A stretch of DNA of 64,000 nucleotides from Toensbergia leucococca. Lineage: Eukaryota. The translations under genes were made by a program, and so were the position numbers. The first letter of the stretch is position 1, and every line of letters starts with the position of its first letter. Location of the stretch: the NCBI GenBank assembly GCA_022813965.1, contig JALDZS010000028.1, positions 62,001-126,000 on the forward strand, read 5' to 3'. This document shows, piece by piece, positions 37,349 through 52,661 of the stretch. The notes under the pieces are model-generated. The model was not told the origin of the DNA. It saw only the letters and a program-made list of their open reading frames with translations, and did no database searches.

Positions 37349-40300
37349 TCAAACAACCACACCCCCCAACCATCTCCTCACCCCCTCCCTAAGCGTACTC
37401 TCCCCCTCCGCCTCCCCACCCTCACCCTTGACCACTTCTTCCGTAACGCTCCTGACAACCTGCTCCAGCGCCCCCAGGACCATCTTCTTACATTCTCCCC
37501 TCGGGACTTCCAGTGCCGGGGATCCAGGTACGCGCTGGGGATGTATGTTGTTATTCTGATTGCGGTGCAAGGAGGGCGTGGGAGAGGGAGCACGAGAATG
37601 AGTGCGAGAAGAAGGGCCGCTTTGGGCGAGGATACGCTCGACGGCGTCGATGAGGGTGGCATCCATGTCCATGATTGGTTCTTCGAAGATTTCTTCTTCG
37701 ATATCGGGGATTAGGGGGAAGGAGGGATCGGGACTTTGTTCTTCCCCACCGGCGCTTCGGTCCGGAAGAGTGCGCTCCTTTCGTCGCAAAATTAGACGCG
37801 TAACGGAAAAGTTTGTAGTGTCTGCTATCAAGGTGGTGCATACGTCCGTCCATTTATTGTCGGCCGATGGCCCCTCGGCAGGAGGATTCCGAGTCGGCTC
37901 AGCCCGCATAGTTCGCTTTACGTCTTCTTTGAGGGCTAAGTAAGGGCGGACTGCCTGCAAGGCAAAGTCCGGATGAAAGTTTTTGATCCAGCCTGCAATA
38001 TCAGAGATTTCATCGTGTCCAACGGACTTGTGATCGGCAGCCCATGGACGACCGTACAACGAGGAGTGTTCGTTGAAGCTACTTGCAGCGGTCGAGGACC
38101 CATAGGACGAAGAACAGGAATTTGGCATTGGTAGATCTACGTCGACAACGCCATCGTTCTCATCTATGGAGAGCTCCACGGGGAAGTGTTCAGGCTTTGG
38201 TCTTTGTGGGATATTCTGCGCAGATGTGGGATGATTTGAAAATTTAGCCCTATCCGTCTCAACGGGTGATTGAACAATGGTGTTCAACATTGGCGGTAAT
38301 GGTTTTTGCATACTTCTTGAAGTAGGGGTTCGACTTGCGAGGTCGCCAGACACTTCTTCCACCATTTCCGCCAGTTTTCCCAAGGACCGGGGTGTCTTTG
38401 AATCATCTGGAAGTCCTGAGATTCCAAGCCCCTCTTGTGACGATGTTAGGAAATCGCTATCGTCAGTCGAAGAATCGCGTCGATTGCTCCAGAAGCCACT
38501 AATCATACTTCCCCATCGCCCAGCGGATTCAGTGCTTTGATTGCTCTGCTCATTGCTTCCAGAGCGTCTGAGTGCATGAGTCAAAGTCAAAGAAGCCAGA
38601 CTTCCGCTACTTCCTGGTCGCGGTTCAGCTGAAGTGCCAATGGTAGAATCCGTCCAGCCATTAGAGAAGTGTGGGACAGGCAACGCCGAGTCTGGCATCA
38701 GGGTAGACGTGGTAGTAGTCGAGCTTTTCCTGTTCCTTGCAACACCTGATAGCGCAGGTAACGAGGCACTCTGAATGGATTTCGCATCAGAGGTCCTCCT
38801 AGTGCGCTCTTGCATGGATCGGTCGCCGTTCGAAGGGGCCTCTTCACGGACATAATCTTGAGTGGAAAAACTGACGGATCTCTCGTGTGTTTTCCTTGCA
38901 GAGCTATCGCTGACTCCTTTCGGCCTCGCGTTGATAGTTCGGCGCAATGATTTCTTTCGAAGTACTGGGACAACCGACGGAGGTGAGCTCGAATAACCTG
39001 CATTTGGCTGAAAGGAAAGAGTTGGATGTCTCCCTTCCACTACTCGTAGGTCCTGAGTACTTGGTAAAAATCCGGAGAGTAGGAAAACCAATCGTCTGGC
39101 AGCCATTTTGTCTGTGGAGACAATGACGGTGCGGTGCTGGATCGGAGCCGCTTGTGAAGACGAGTTCTGCGTTTTCTTCTTATGTCGACGTCTGTACCAG
39201 CTTGGGCCCAGAGAATCAAGCCACACTGTATGCGAGCCGAGAAATGCTGTTAGTAAGTTGAAAAAGAAAAAGTTTTGCTCTCTCCCTCCGGCCCATCGTC
39301 CAACCCAGCGAGCTTCCTCCCTCCAGACTCCCCACCTTCCCTGGCCAGCAACTACCCTGCGGATCCTCAAGCCCAAGGCCACTCGCTTACCACATATATC
39401 AGCCTCTGTTTGGATAGCATTGCATTCCTGTAAGACTCCAGTAGGTAGCTGTACCGTCTGCTGTGAGGACTGCTTCGGTCGCTTGAATTTAGCATCAACG
39501 CGAATATCATGGGCTTTACTGACGACCACTGGCAGCTGCGGCTTCACAGAATACTCTTCTAGAAGCTCCTGTATATGTTCTCGTGCTATTGTTTCCATGG
39601 ACGACAACGTTCGAATGACGCAGTTCCAATGCATGAGAACATGTTCGACGTGGCGATCAATTGACAGTGACAAATCTTCCCACGCTCCACCGCGAGCGAA
39701 GTTCCAATCGGTTATGCGCTCAGCAGAAGATGGAGATTGTACATTATGGTCTAATGAATTAGAGCCTATAGGCGGCGGCTTGTGCTGCGACGAAGGGGTA
39801 TGTAAAAGCTGTCGAATAGGTGGTAATTGCAGCACTATAGAAACCGCATACATGGGTATCTTTCTCTGCTTGGCTTTTTCATTTCCCGCTAAGCCAATTG
39901 ATCTCCGGGTAGACGAATGGCCAAAAGCGGCGCCGATGGAGCTTTGGTCCTCATGAGCTACCTCATTCTCGTTGTCTCCAGAGGAACTTGAATCCGAGGA
40001 ATCGATCGAGAATAATCTAGTGATCAACACTGACGTATTGCTAGAATGTGACGCAGGTTGCTTTGCAAATCCCGAAAAGTCGGAAGATGCTGATGCATGC
40101 AGGTCGTCTGCGGTCATGGACCTTGTCAAGGGTGTTCGCTTCTTCGCGTAAGCTCGGGGAGAACCTGGATCTGGTCCGATCGGGCTTTTTTCTTCGATGT
40201 TGGCCGTTTCCGAGGATTCAAGCGGCTTGACATGCACCTTCGTACTGGACACAAATCGAAAACCAGTAGACCCAAACATACATGACAATAAAGCCTCCGT

Positions 40301-40944
40301 TTCTTCCCGCGCTTCTCGCGCAATCTTTCCCTGGGCAGTCTCGCCATTACTGGATGACGGTCGTGCACCGGTTCCTCGAGACCGAGCGTACCCGAATAAG
40401 CCCCCGAAATCTAATTCGGGAGAAGGTGGTGGTATGGGAGAAGTTGGTTGATTCTGCGAGTACGAAGCTACTGATGTTGGTCGTGCATGTCTCGTCCTCG
40501 GAGGCGACTCTACTTCGTCAAGGTTAGACTTTGATTGCTCGAAATTAGGGGAGGGGTATCGCGTAGTCTAGCCTCACCTTTTGATCGCTCCGGGCTTATG
40601 GTTTGTCGGACAAGCGATGAAGGCGGAGGTTGCGAGTCGTAAAGGATTTGAGGCTGGTGGGAACGAATGTTGCCATCCTGGGCTATGATGATCCTGACAT
40701 GGCGCGGGCTTTGGATGTCCAAGCCGCCACGATCGTCGAAGCTGGTCGCGGCTAAAGCAGCGGCAGGGGAATTGCTATAGTGAAATGGATAAGCGTGATG
40801 CTGGGTTTGATGTAAGGCGCCGCGGTCAGGATAGAGGAGTTCGTGGGTATGGGTTTCTTCTGTAACGGATTCCAGGGATGTCTGAGCTCTAGAGGCATTC
40901 GGGTTGAGCGAGGAAGCTGCTGAGTGCAAAAGCCTTCCGATCAT
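37349..40944 (-). CDS. LST4: Folliculin-interacting protein FNIP/Lst4
   Basis: VRIIIAQD, CMFGSTGF..STKVH, VLITRLF, GQGRWGVWREEARW..FFFNLLTAFLG.HT.W, RTVIVS..MAARRLVFLLSGFLP and HPDFALQAV. One intron at about 40510-40577. Confidence 0.88.
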
Positions 40945-41952
40945 GGTTCCCTGGTCGGAGGAAGAAGATGGCAACGGCGATCTAGCTGAAGGATGGCAAA
41001 GGCAGTGCTGTTATCCGCTGCCGCCCAACCTGCACGCCCATCACTGCCATGTTTCTCCCCGGCCAAAGGATCTAGGCCTGAAGGAACCAAAGAGAGCGAC
41101 AGAACCAAGAAATACAGAGCTTGAGTTAGCTGAAAGTGAAATGTTCTGAAGCTCAAGTGGGGTGGAAAACGGTTACGACAGAGCCGTCTTGTGCGGATGA
41201 CGGAGCAGCGGAAAAGCGAAAAGCGAAAAGGGAAAAGGGAAAAGGCGGTGAGCACGGAAACTTACTGCTAGAATAAATATTCTAAAAAAAGCTTAGAATA
41301 TCCTATTTGCACATCTTCCCTCGTGACAGCATATGAGTATTCAAACATTCCTCTCTTTAATCAACTTACAACCTCTGTTACGTGGTGTCTCAAAGCAAAA
41401 TACAGAGTTCGTTTTGATGCCCAAGAAAGTTAGGAAACGAATATTAAGGCTCAACGGATGGTGGCAAGACCTAACTGACTTCCTTTTTCTTTCACCATGT
41501 CTTCCTACGTACCTCATCAATCTCATTCTTTGAAATCCTGTTAATGATCAAGTTTATATGTTCTTCTAAGCTTCTTTTCCATGCTGTCTTCACTCCGCTT
41601 TTACGGCTTGTTCATTGGGCCTCTCTGCTTGTAATATTCAAACCAAAAAGCTTCCGTCATGGAACAATTCCTTGTTGCAGTTTGTTCAGAGACTAGCTTT
41701 GAGGGTTTCAAATGCGTGCTCAACCGGACTCAAAGGGTTGTCAACGTATGAAATATTTGGTGCAAATGCATCAGTAGCCTATAAAAGATTATCGGCAGCC
41801 AATGACCCCAATAAATATACTACCTAAAATGCATGCCTTGGACCTTGTTCAACCAAAGACGAAGCTCAACTCCCCTAACGCCGCCGTGAACACCTTGTCT
41901 CATCCAATCGTACACATGTACTTCAATTCGTACAGCAAGTCTTGAGCATAAT

Positions 41953-45012
<3,060 letters not shown>

Positions 45013-45075
45013 GGTGGCGATAGGTTGTAGTGTTCGCAAGATTTATGGATTCCAAAGGAGGTGAAGTGACGGCTC

Positions 45076-45112
45076 CGCGTTGAGCAGCACCGCGTCGCGT
45101 CGCGTTGCGCGT
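45076..45112 (-). promoter_or_regulatory. Cluster of five ACGCG (MCB-core) elements upstream of MCM6
   Basis: Minus strand GACGCGCAACGCGACGCGACGCGGTGCTGCTCAACGCG lies 65-100 bp before the MCM6 ATG. MCB/MBF control of replication genes is established in ascomycetes. Confidence 0.75.
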
Positions 45113-45309
45113 CAGCGTTCAAGTGAACTCTACAGATATTCTATTTATTCTAATCCCGCCCTACGTAAGGTACTCCGTAGTACTCCGTATCCATATCTGT
45201 GCTGTAATAGAAATCAAGGGCTTTACCTTGTTGATGTCAGACCTTTCTGTGTACCTGCATCCCTACACTGCCTAATTCGCAAGCTGGCAAATCAATTCAA
45301 GTGATAAAG

Positions 45310-45713
45310 CGTATTGTATCCGGCCAGGTTCTACTTATGTTGACCCCTAGACTCATCCCCAGGCGAGCCCCCCCAGCCCTAGAATACCCGGGCGCAAGAT
45401 CACCGAGGGAAACATGTCGATTTCACAGCACAATGTGACTCCATCCCCACCACCTTTTCATGACATCCGCCTCATGAACATACGTGCCAATATTACCTAG
45501 GAGCAAATAAATGCTTTTGTACTACATCCTGACTTGATTCCCCTCACCCCAAGCGCCAGAACATCGCGATTTGCAAGCTATCTACCTCTATCAAAGGTGG
45601 TGTGGAATGGAGTCAAATCGTGTGGTGAAATCAAGATGTATTCCCTGGTGATCTTGCGCCCGGGTGGGCTGGTGGGGAGCGGGGGTGGAGGGTGTCAATA
45701 TATCAGTACCCTA
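45310..45713. mobile_element. Degenerate MITE related to the 47172 element
   Basis: ~30-bp inverted repeat at 45386-45415 / 45636-45665. The right end GGGTGTCAATATATCAGTACCC-TA resembles GGGGCGTCCATGTATCAATACCC-TA at 47571-47595. The left end is approximate. Confidence 0.6.
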
Positions 45714-46003
45714 GAAAAATGGAGCTGTAACTGCACTGACAACATGCTCAAGCCCAAAGAGTGAAGAGTATTTGTTTTGGGGCAGCGGAGAAAGATTATA
45801 GATCTGATGCACCCCACTGGGAGACTATCAACATCCATGGACGGCGTACCCCATTGGTCGGCCCTTGTATCCATGGATGATGATAATCCACCAATGGTGT
45901 GCAACATATTTGTGCACTGACTCTACCAACCAGGCCTCGGCATTTAAAGCTCAAAAGACGTCTCAATTTTCTCCGGCCCCCCCTCTCCTGACCATAAAGC
46001 ACA

Positions 46004-47132
46004 ATGGCCGCAAAAGAAGAGAATCCATCAGACCCGTATGTATTGAACCGGAACGTGGCAGCAACTGCCAGGTAAATAAAGCTCCGAGAATTCTAGGTGC
46101 TGTGCTCTACAGAAAGGAAAGCACTGAAAACCAAACCACATTCATGGCAGGCTGAACCTGCAGCACTATATCTGGAAAGAGGAAATGGGATATCTCCTGC
46201 ATCCAAGCATCCCGAACGATAGAGAGAACCTCCGCGTTGCTGATGTGGGCACCGGCACTGGGTATGAAAGTTCTTCAATGGGGAAACAATTCCCCATTAG
46301 TACTGTGAAAATGAATAATTGATAGTTCATCAAAGTATTTGGTTGCTTGACATCGCGCACAACCTCCCAGCTTCGGCCCAATTGGAAGGTCTAGATATCA
46401 GTCTCGATCAAACCCCACCGACCAGCTGGCTTCCTCCGAACGTCAGCTTCCACCACTTCAACATCTTCCACGAAATCCCCGAAGACCTCGTTGAGCAATA
46501 CGACATAGTCCATGTCCGGCTGTTGATACTAGTTGTCCAAAACAACAGTCCGGTGCCGGTTCTACGACAATTATTGAAACTACTAAGTATTGGTTCCTCC
46601 CTTTTCGGCGTACCAAAAAAAAACCAATCGTTCACTGAATTTTGGTCTTGGCCCGCAGAACCTGGCGGTTATCTTCAATGGGGTGAAATTGATTTGCCAA
46701 ACCGAAGACTGGTTAAAACCGACTCGCAGAACTCCTCACAGAGCCTGGAAGAGCTTCGAGATGGCGTGTCAGCACTCTTGCGCAGTCCCTATTCTTCGTA
46801 TGCCCGCCCCTTATATACCTTTACTAGCATCCCACCAAATTGAGACTAATCGCAAAGGTAGGTGGCCTGCCGATCTTGCGGAGAAATATGAGATGCAGGG
46901 TATGATGAATGTCATCGCCGATAAGAGATGGATGCGGCTAGAGTATCTCTCTTTTGTACACGCCAACCATCTCTTGATTCAGGATGAGATCATCAACCGG
47001 GTCGCTGGCGAAAAGATGGCTCAGCTACAGGAAGTTTATGCAGACGCCGTAGTCGAGTCTCGAAAGGGTGCGGCATGGAATGTCATGCACATGTATACAG
47101 TTGGACAGAAAGCGGTGAAGAAAGCGCAATAA
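46004..47132 (+). CDS. Class I SAM-dependent methyltransferase (LaeA-like family), multi-exon
   Basis: YVLNRNVAATAR|LNLQHYIW..GYLLHPSI..RVADVGTGTG|IWLLD..LEGLDIS..YDIVHVR..PGGYLQWGE. Confidence 0.9.
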
Positions 47133-47171
47133 GAAAAATGAAGTATCCATGCCTCTTTAGACTACAGATGG

Positions 47172-47594
47172 AGGGTATTGATACATGGATGCCCCCTTTT
47201 TGATATGCGGACGCCGGCCCCACCCCCCTACACATAGGGAAACATCGTGACGATGCAGCGCATTTCAGCTTGATTTTTTCACCTCCATTACAGGTCGGTT
47301 ATCTCTTCTACTTAGAAGCAGTAGCAACTAGAGAAACATCATGATTTCATATCAATCTTCATTCACCTCGTCACCCTACCCTGAGCGCAATATTATTACG
47401 TTTTATCTCTTACACATTTACTTCAGTATTCATCGTCTTGGCAACTCACATGCCGATGCCGAATTGTCCAGGCCTTCAGATTGTAGTCAATTTAGATAGG
47501 GAACCAAGGGAAATGTTGACGTTTCCCTACAATTGCGCCGGCGTGAGTAGGGGATGTCCACATATCAAAAGGGGCGTCCATGTATCAATACCCT
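47172..47594. mobile_element. MITE, ~420 bp, with ~40-bp terminal inverted repeats
   Basis: Left end AGGGTATTGATACATGGATGCCCCCTTTTTGATATGCGGAC; right end reverse complement AGGGTATTGATACATGGACGCCCCTTTTGATATGTGGAC. Non-coding interior. TA at the right boundary suggests a Tc1/mariner type. Confidence 0.85.
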
Positions 47595-47770
47595 AAATAA
47601 ATGGGTCTCGGTGTTTTTTTGATTTTCTAATGTTGCTCAAACGCCGTGTAAGAGTATGCTCCTATAGAGCGATGGCATCCCTCAAGGGGAGAGTCTATAG
47701 CATGCCAACCGTCACAAATGGCAATACAAATTCAAAAACAGTTGAAACCCATCTAGCAAGATGTTTCATC

Positions 47771-50700
47771 TCAACCCTCAACCACGGGAGCAGCATCTTC
47801 TTCAGCCTCATCCTCCTCGTCGACAATGATGAATGGGCGATGATCCTCATCTTCTTGAACAGGTCCGAACAAGCGCATCAGCTCCCTCACAGTCAACTTG
47901 CTTTCTCTCTTGCCGTTATCACCCATGGCAGCTGCAATCAGAGTTTCTTTACTCTTTTGCAAGCTCTGTATGCGCTCGTCGACGGTATCCTGTTATACCA
48001 CCATCAGTCAAAGAATCAATCATGGCGCAAACCTGAAGGATAGGAGTCCTTACTTTGACGACAAACCTAGTGATATAGGTCTCAGAGACTTGACCAATGC
48101 GAAAAACTCGACAGAAAGCCTGTTGTTCAACCGAGGAGTTCCACCAAAGATCAATGTATATCACTCTTGAAGCCGCGGTGAGATTCAAGCCAACACCACC
48201 GCATTTCAGAGATGCAATCATCACTGCAGTATCTGAGTCACGAAAGTCTTGGAGAGCCTTGTCTCGACTTGCATGAGGCATCTCGCCGTGGTACTCCAAG
48301 CCATTGTTAGGAGCTCTGACTGCCAAAACAAAGAGGCATCTGAAAGGCAGGGGAAACTCACAGTGCAACACTTCCACTTTTTTTGGGCGCATAGCCGCGC
48401 AATTATTTTGATCCTATCTCATGTAAGTAAAGACCCTAGGGGCGAAGTGGAAGTCTGCGGTGTGCTAACAGCATTCGAAATTGCGTGAAGACAATGGTTT
48501 TACAAGTTGGATCATCCTTCAGCCACTTCTCAATCTGTGCCACGAGAGCAGCAAGTTTACTGGACGGTAGGACTTGACCGCCCTCCATGTCGATCCATCT
48601 TGTACAGTGATCGGAACTTTTGCGGCGCCTCGTCGTACGTGTCTTCTCTTGGAGAAGCGTACTCACAAGGTCCTCTGATTGAAGCTCTTTCAAGCCATCG
48701 CAAGGTCTGGACTCCGAAAAACACTGTCCACACTCTAGGCAAGCAGCCTGATCTTCGTTGATTTGAGCCGCTTCATAAATCATAGAGTTCAGACACTCTT
48801 TGCAATACTGCATGAGATTAGAAGCTGGTTGAAGGAAATATCATTGTGATATGAGAACTTACAATATGAAGGCAGCTTGTAATATAAGGATCGTCGGGTC
48901 TTAGCAAGCACTTATGGCACGTAGAACGACTTTCGATGTCTGTCCATTTCGCGCTCTTAGCTAAGCCTCGAAGGAATTTTCGGAATTTGAACACAAGTCC
49001 TTCAGATTGCTCAACTGGTCCCTCTTCATCCGATTCTACAGACGTATCCGGGCCAGTCTCCGCATCCTGCGTCGAGGGTGGGAGATTTCTTTTCTCCTCA
49101 AACAATTTCCTCATCTGTGCGAGCATATCTCTGCCATCATTATCATCTGCTGTGACTTCAGATGCAGTGATATTCATCAGATTCTCTACTTCTTCGTATT
49201 CAGCCAGGTCTTCGAATGTGTCTTGCACTAAGAATATATGAGAAGTCAGTTGGCGTAGGCAAAGGAGCAACACCTAGGACACATTCAGTATGATGCGTCA
49301 TCCCCAACCCATTTGAGTCTCATACAAGGACACGGCCACAGTGCTGTTCCAGTGTTCCCATCTTTGAATAACTTCAAGAGAGATTAGCAAAATCGTTCGA
49401 TGCTTTATAAAGCAGGGGCTTACCTGTTAATCCTCTTTGCGAATCGCTTGCTGATAAAATCGTAAATAATTCGCTCCACTCTATTGAAGGTGACAGAGAT
49501 TGTGCGCTCATGAGTTTCAGGCATCACGATTAGAGGCGCTCCATATATTCTGTCAATATGCGTTCTCCTGATCATTATCAGGCGCAGGACACTGTGGAGT
49601 CGATCGGTTGCCATCTTATTATCTGGGTCACAGAAGTTCGTTTTGAATGTGTTGTAGGAGCCAATAAGAGGGACACGGAGAAATCTGAGGTACTAAAAGC
49701 TGTCAACTTGCAAGGCTCAAAGAAAAAGGCATCAAGGAAAAGGAACATGTATCAAAAGAATTGCATACAGAGAAAAGTTCGTCTACTGAGTTTTGACACG
49801 GCGTGCCAGTCACTAATCAAATTTAGGAAATTGAGAGACCCTCCATAGGACTAGAATGACTCACTTGCCCAACGATGCCTGAGTACAAATTAGCCATGCT
49901 TGTACAAACGTTCTCAGGGGCTTGTACTCACCTAGTCATTAGGCCTTGACAAGCAAGTGATATGAGCGCCTCATGATTCTTGATCGTATGAGCTTCTTCA
50001 CAGATCATTAATTATCATAATAGTGTGTACTCAAGAAGGACCCTGATCTCACCGTCAAGAACTAAGGATCAAGTAGATTAGTCAAAGCATTGACAACACT
50101 ATAGCCGAGAATCTCTTACCGACTCTGTACCAATGAACTTTATGTAGGATTCCTCGTTTCTCCTGCCACTCATTGCGCCACCATGCTTTTTTCTAGAAAA
50201 CAATGCATCAATAAATGACAAAATCAACTCTTTTCATGCGGGCACCCTACCGCCTCATGGGAAATAAGCTCTGGTGGAGGCTTTGTGATGTCAGTGGTAG
50301 ATTCATTCCATTCAGGCTCACGCGTGTATTTACTTCGCATCGTGGATATGACTTCAATACCTCCGTGTAGGTAGTAAGTCTGTAGTCATCAGCTTTGATA
50401 CGTAGGTCAGGAACCCGTTAACTGACATGATAGAGGCTGATTGCATAAACGCTATGGGATCTACAGCGTCAATTCTGAAACCAGCATGATGTCTGGCAAC
50501 AAGACCAAGAACACCCTTCTGCACATGCTTTTCTATTTCTTCCTTCCCTATTCGTGTTCAGCAGCAAGCTTAGCTTTTGGGGGCAATGTTCCTACACTGA
50601 GAGACTAGAGCTGCAGTTGCTACGATAAGAGTAGCCTTTCGAGAATCTCCAGTAGGAGAAGGGTTGGCGAGAATAGTAGCTGTGAAATCTTAGACTATTT

Positions 50701-52661
50701 TTACAACTTTTCTAGTGAGTCTTCATAATATACCAATCATCATTAGAGTTTCTGCACCCTGAGTTAGATAAATAAAGAAGATTCATGAGATTATATCTAC
50801 TCACTGCCAAATCCCATCTCATCTGCTAATATTCCTCCTCTGGGCCTATCGGTCCTAGTCTCTATCTCTCTCTGTAGTGTTGAGTAAGCTGAGATAACGG
50901 ACATTTATGAGCTATTACGTACCATTCGGGCAGCTCCTAACACTTGATGGTTGTACAGCGCAGTATTCATACCTTCATAATGTTAGCAAACCGTGTTTTT
51001 TCCTGAGCATACGAATGCTTTACCAATGAATTTCCACTTTCCAGTACCGTCTGCGCGCACTTTTCGAAAGCCAAGAGTTTTTGTGGCTTGGAGAATGTGC
51101 TGCTTGTCGGTCATGGCTGCCACATGATCCTCAACTGGTAGGGCTAAGATGAGTTCTCTCAACATAGCCCCCTTATTGTTCTTTTCCGAGACCACTGGCA
51201 AAGGTGCTTGATGGAGGTTCGCATTTGCGTCTCCGTAGACATTACTTGAGAACAGACTATGTAGATTTGCCAGGTTTGGCTCCTTAGGCCTACCTCTAGT
51301 AGATTTTGGAGCTTTTCCATTAGTGGCTTTCTCTTTGCTCTTGTGTGATTCAGCTTTGTCTGCATTACGAGGTCTGCCTCGTTTTCCCTTTTTGGATTTC
51401 TGCTTTTCCAATGTATCATACCCAGATTCCTTTCGCGTCGTCTTGTCCTTTGTAGCCTTCTCTTTCCTGTTGTATCTCTCAAGCTCTTTTTCAATACCCA
51501 CCATCATGCTTTCTTCCAAGTCCTGTTCGGTCTCTTGAAGTAGGCTCCGCTTGTTTGGTGGAGCTAGTACTTGGCGTTTGCCTGATTTTGTACCAATCCT
51601 GATTTTAGTGAGTATTAGTAGAGATACCAGATACTATGGCTCGGAGCTTACGTTTCATTCGCCATATCACTTTCACCGTCATCATCTATTATTGATGCAA
51701 AGGGACGCTTCCGGCAAGATGAAACATCTGGTAATTGTGACACAAACAGACTTTGATCTTCGCTATCTCCATCCATATCGCCGCTTACAAGGGATCAGCA
51801 TTGTGGAGTGTCGATTAGATAATAGGAGCCTACCCATCCATATTCCCGCAAGCGCGGTCATAGTCTTCCTTGAGTCTTCTGAGGCGGTCGGTCTCTGCAT
51901 TCTCTGCTTTCTTGAACATGATATCGTCTTCGTAGCTGTTTGTTCCCGCCCGTCTCTTCACTTTGAACGCCTTCTTTTTCTCCGCAAATCTGCATAATAC
52001 GATTAGCACAATCGATACTAAAGATCAAACGGGGGACAAACACAGTGGCTGGGTCTTCATCAATCTCGATCATTTCGAGAGACCCTGCACGCTCATTCTC
52101 GTTACCGCTATTTCTTGGGTCGTTCCGTTGTGATTCATTTGCACCCTGGGCAGGTCCCGGACATTTACTCCATATACCATCAGCATCTCCTGTGACTGGT
52201 GTAGAAGGCATCCGCTTTCCAGTCGCTCTTTCTGCAAGAACTTTTTGGAACTGTTTCATTTTAGAGATCTGCTCTGCCGTGAACTTAGGCCTAGGCTTTT
52301 GTGTCTGCAAAACAGACTTGCCAAGTTTCAAGACTTGAGGAAGTACTACATTAGCTGCATTGGTAGGGGAGCTGGCCTTTTCCAGGTATTCGGGTATATT
52401 GGAGACGGCGGCCTCTTGCTCCTCATCGGATATCTCAATTAAGCGCGGCATATCAGACGACCATAAGAACTGTACATCGGAATCTTCCTCTTTAATTGTA
52501 GCCGTGGCTCTTTCCGGACGATGGGGTATATCAGGGAGTACGGAATCCAGCTCGTCATCAGATATTTCAATGAGGCGCGGCACATCGGACGACCATGAGA
52601 ACATTGCATTGGAGTCTTCCTCCTTGATGTTAGCAGCGCCGTCTGAGCCAGGGAAATCCAT
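47771..52661 (-). CDS. SNF2-family helicase with RING finger (Rad5/Rad16/Uls1-like), very intron-rich
   Basis: GGILADEMGFG|K, ATLIVA, WYRV|VLD|EAH, TGTPCQN, IMIRRT, RING C..C..PYITSCLHI|YC..C..CLEC, IVFTQF, SLKCGGVGLNLTAA and WWNSSVEQQAFCRVFRIGQ. Start at MDFPGS is inferred. Confidence 0.88.

Noticed and set aside
39108..39956. 282-aa plus-strand ORF
   Set aside because: Antisense shadow of LST4 with no recognisable motifs.
40289..40580. Apparent frameshift in LST4
   Set aside because: Resolved by a canonical GTGAGG..CTAAC..TAG intron.
41210..41245. (GAAAAGS)n 7-mer repeat upstream of LST4
   Set aside because: Ordinary short microsatellite with no evidence of function.
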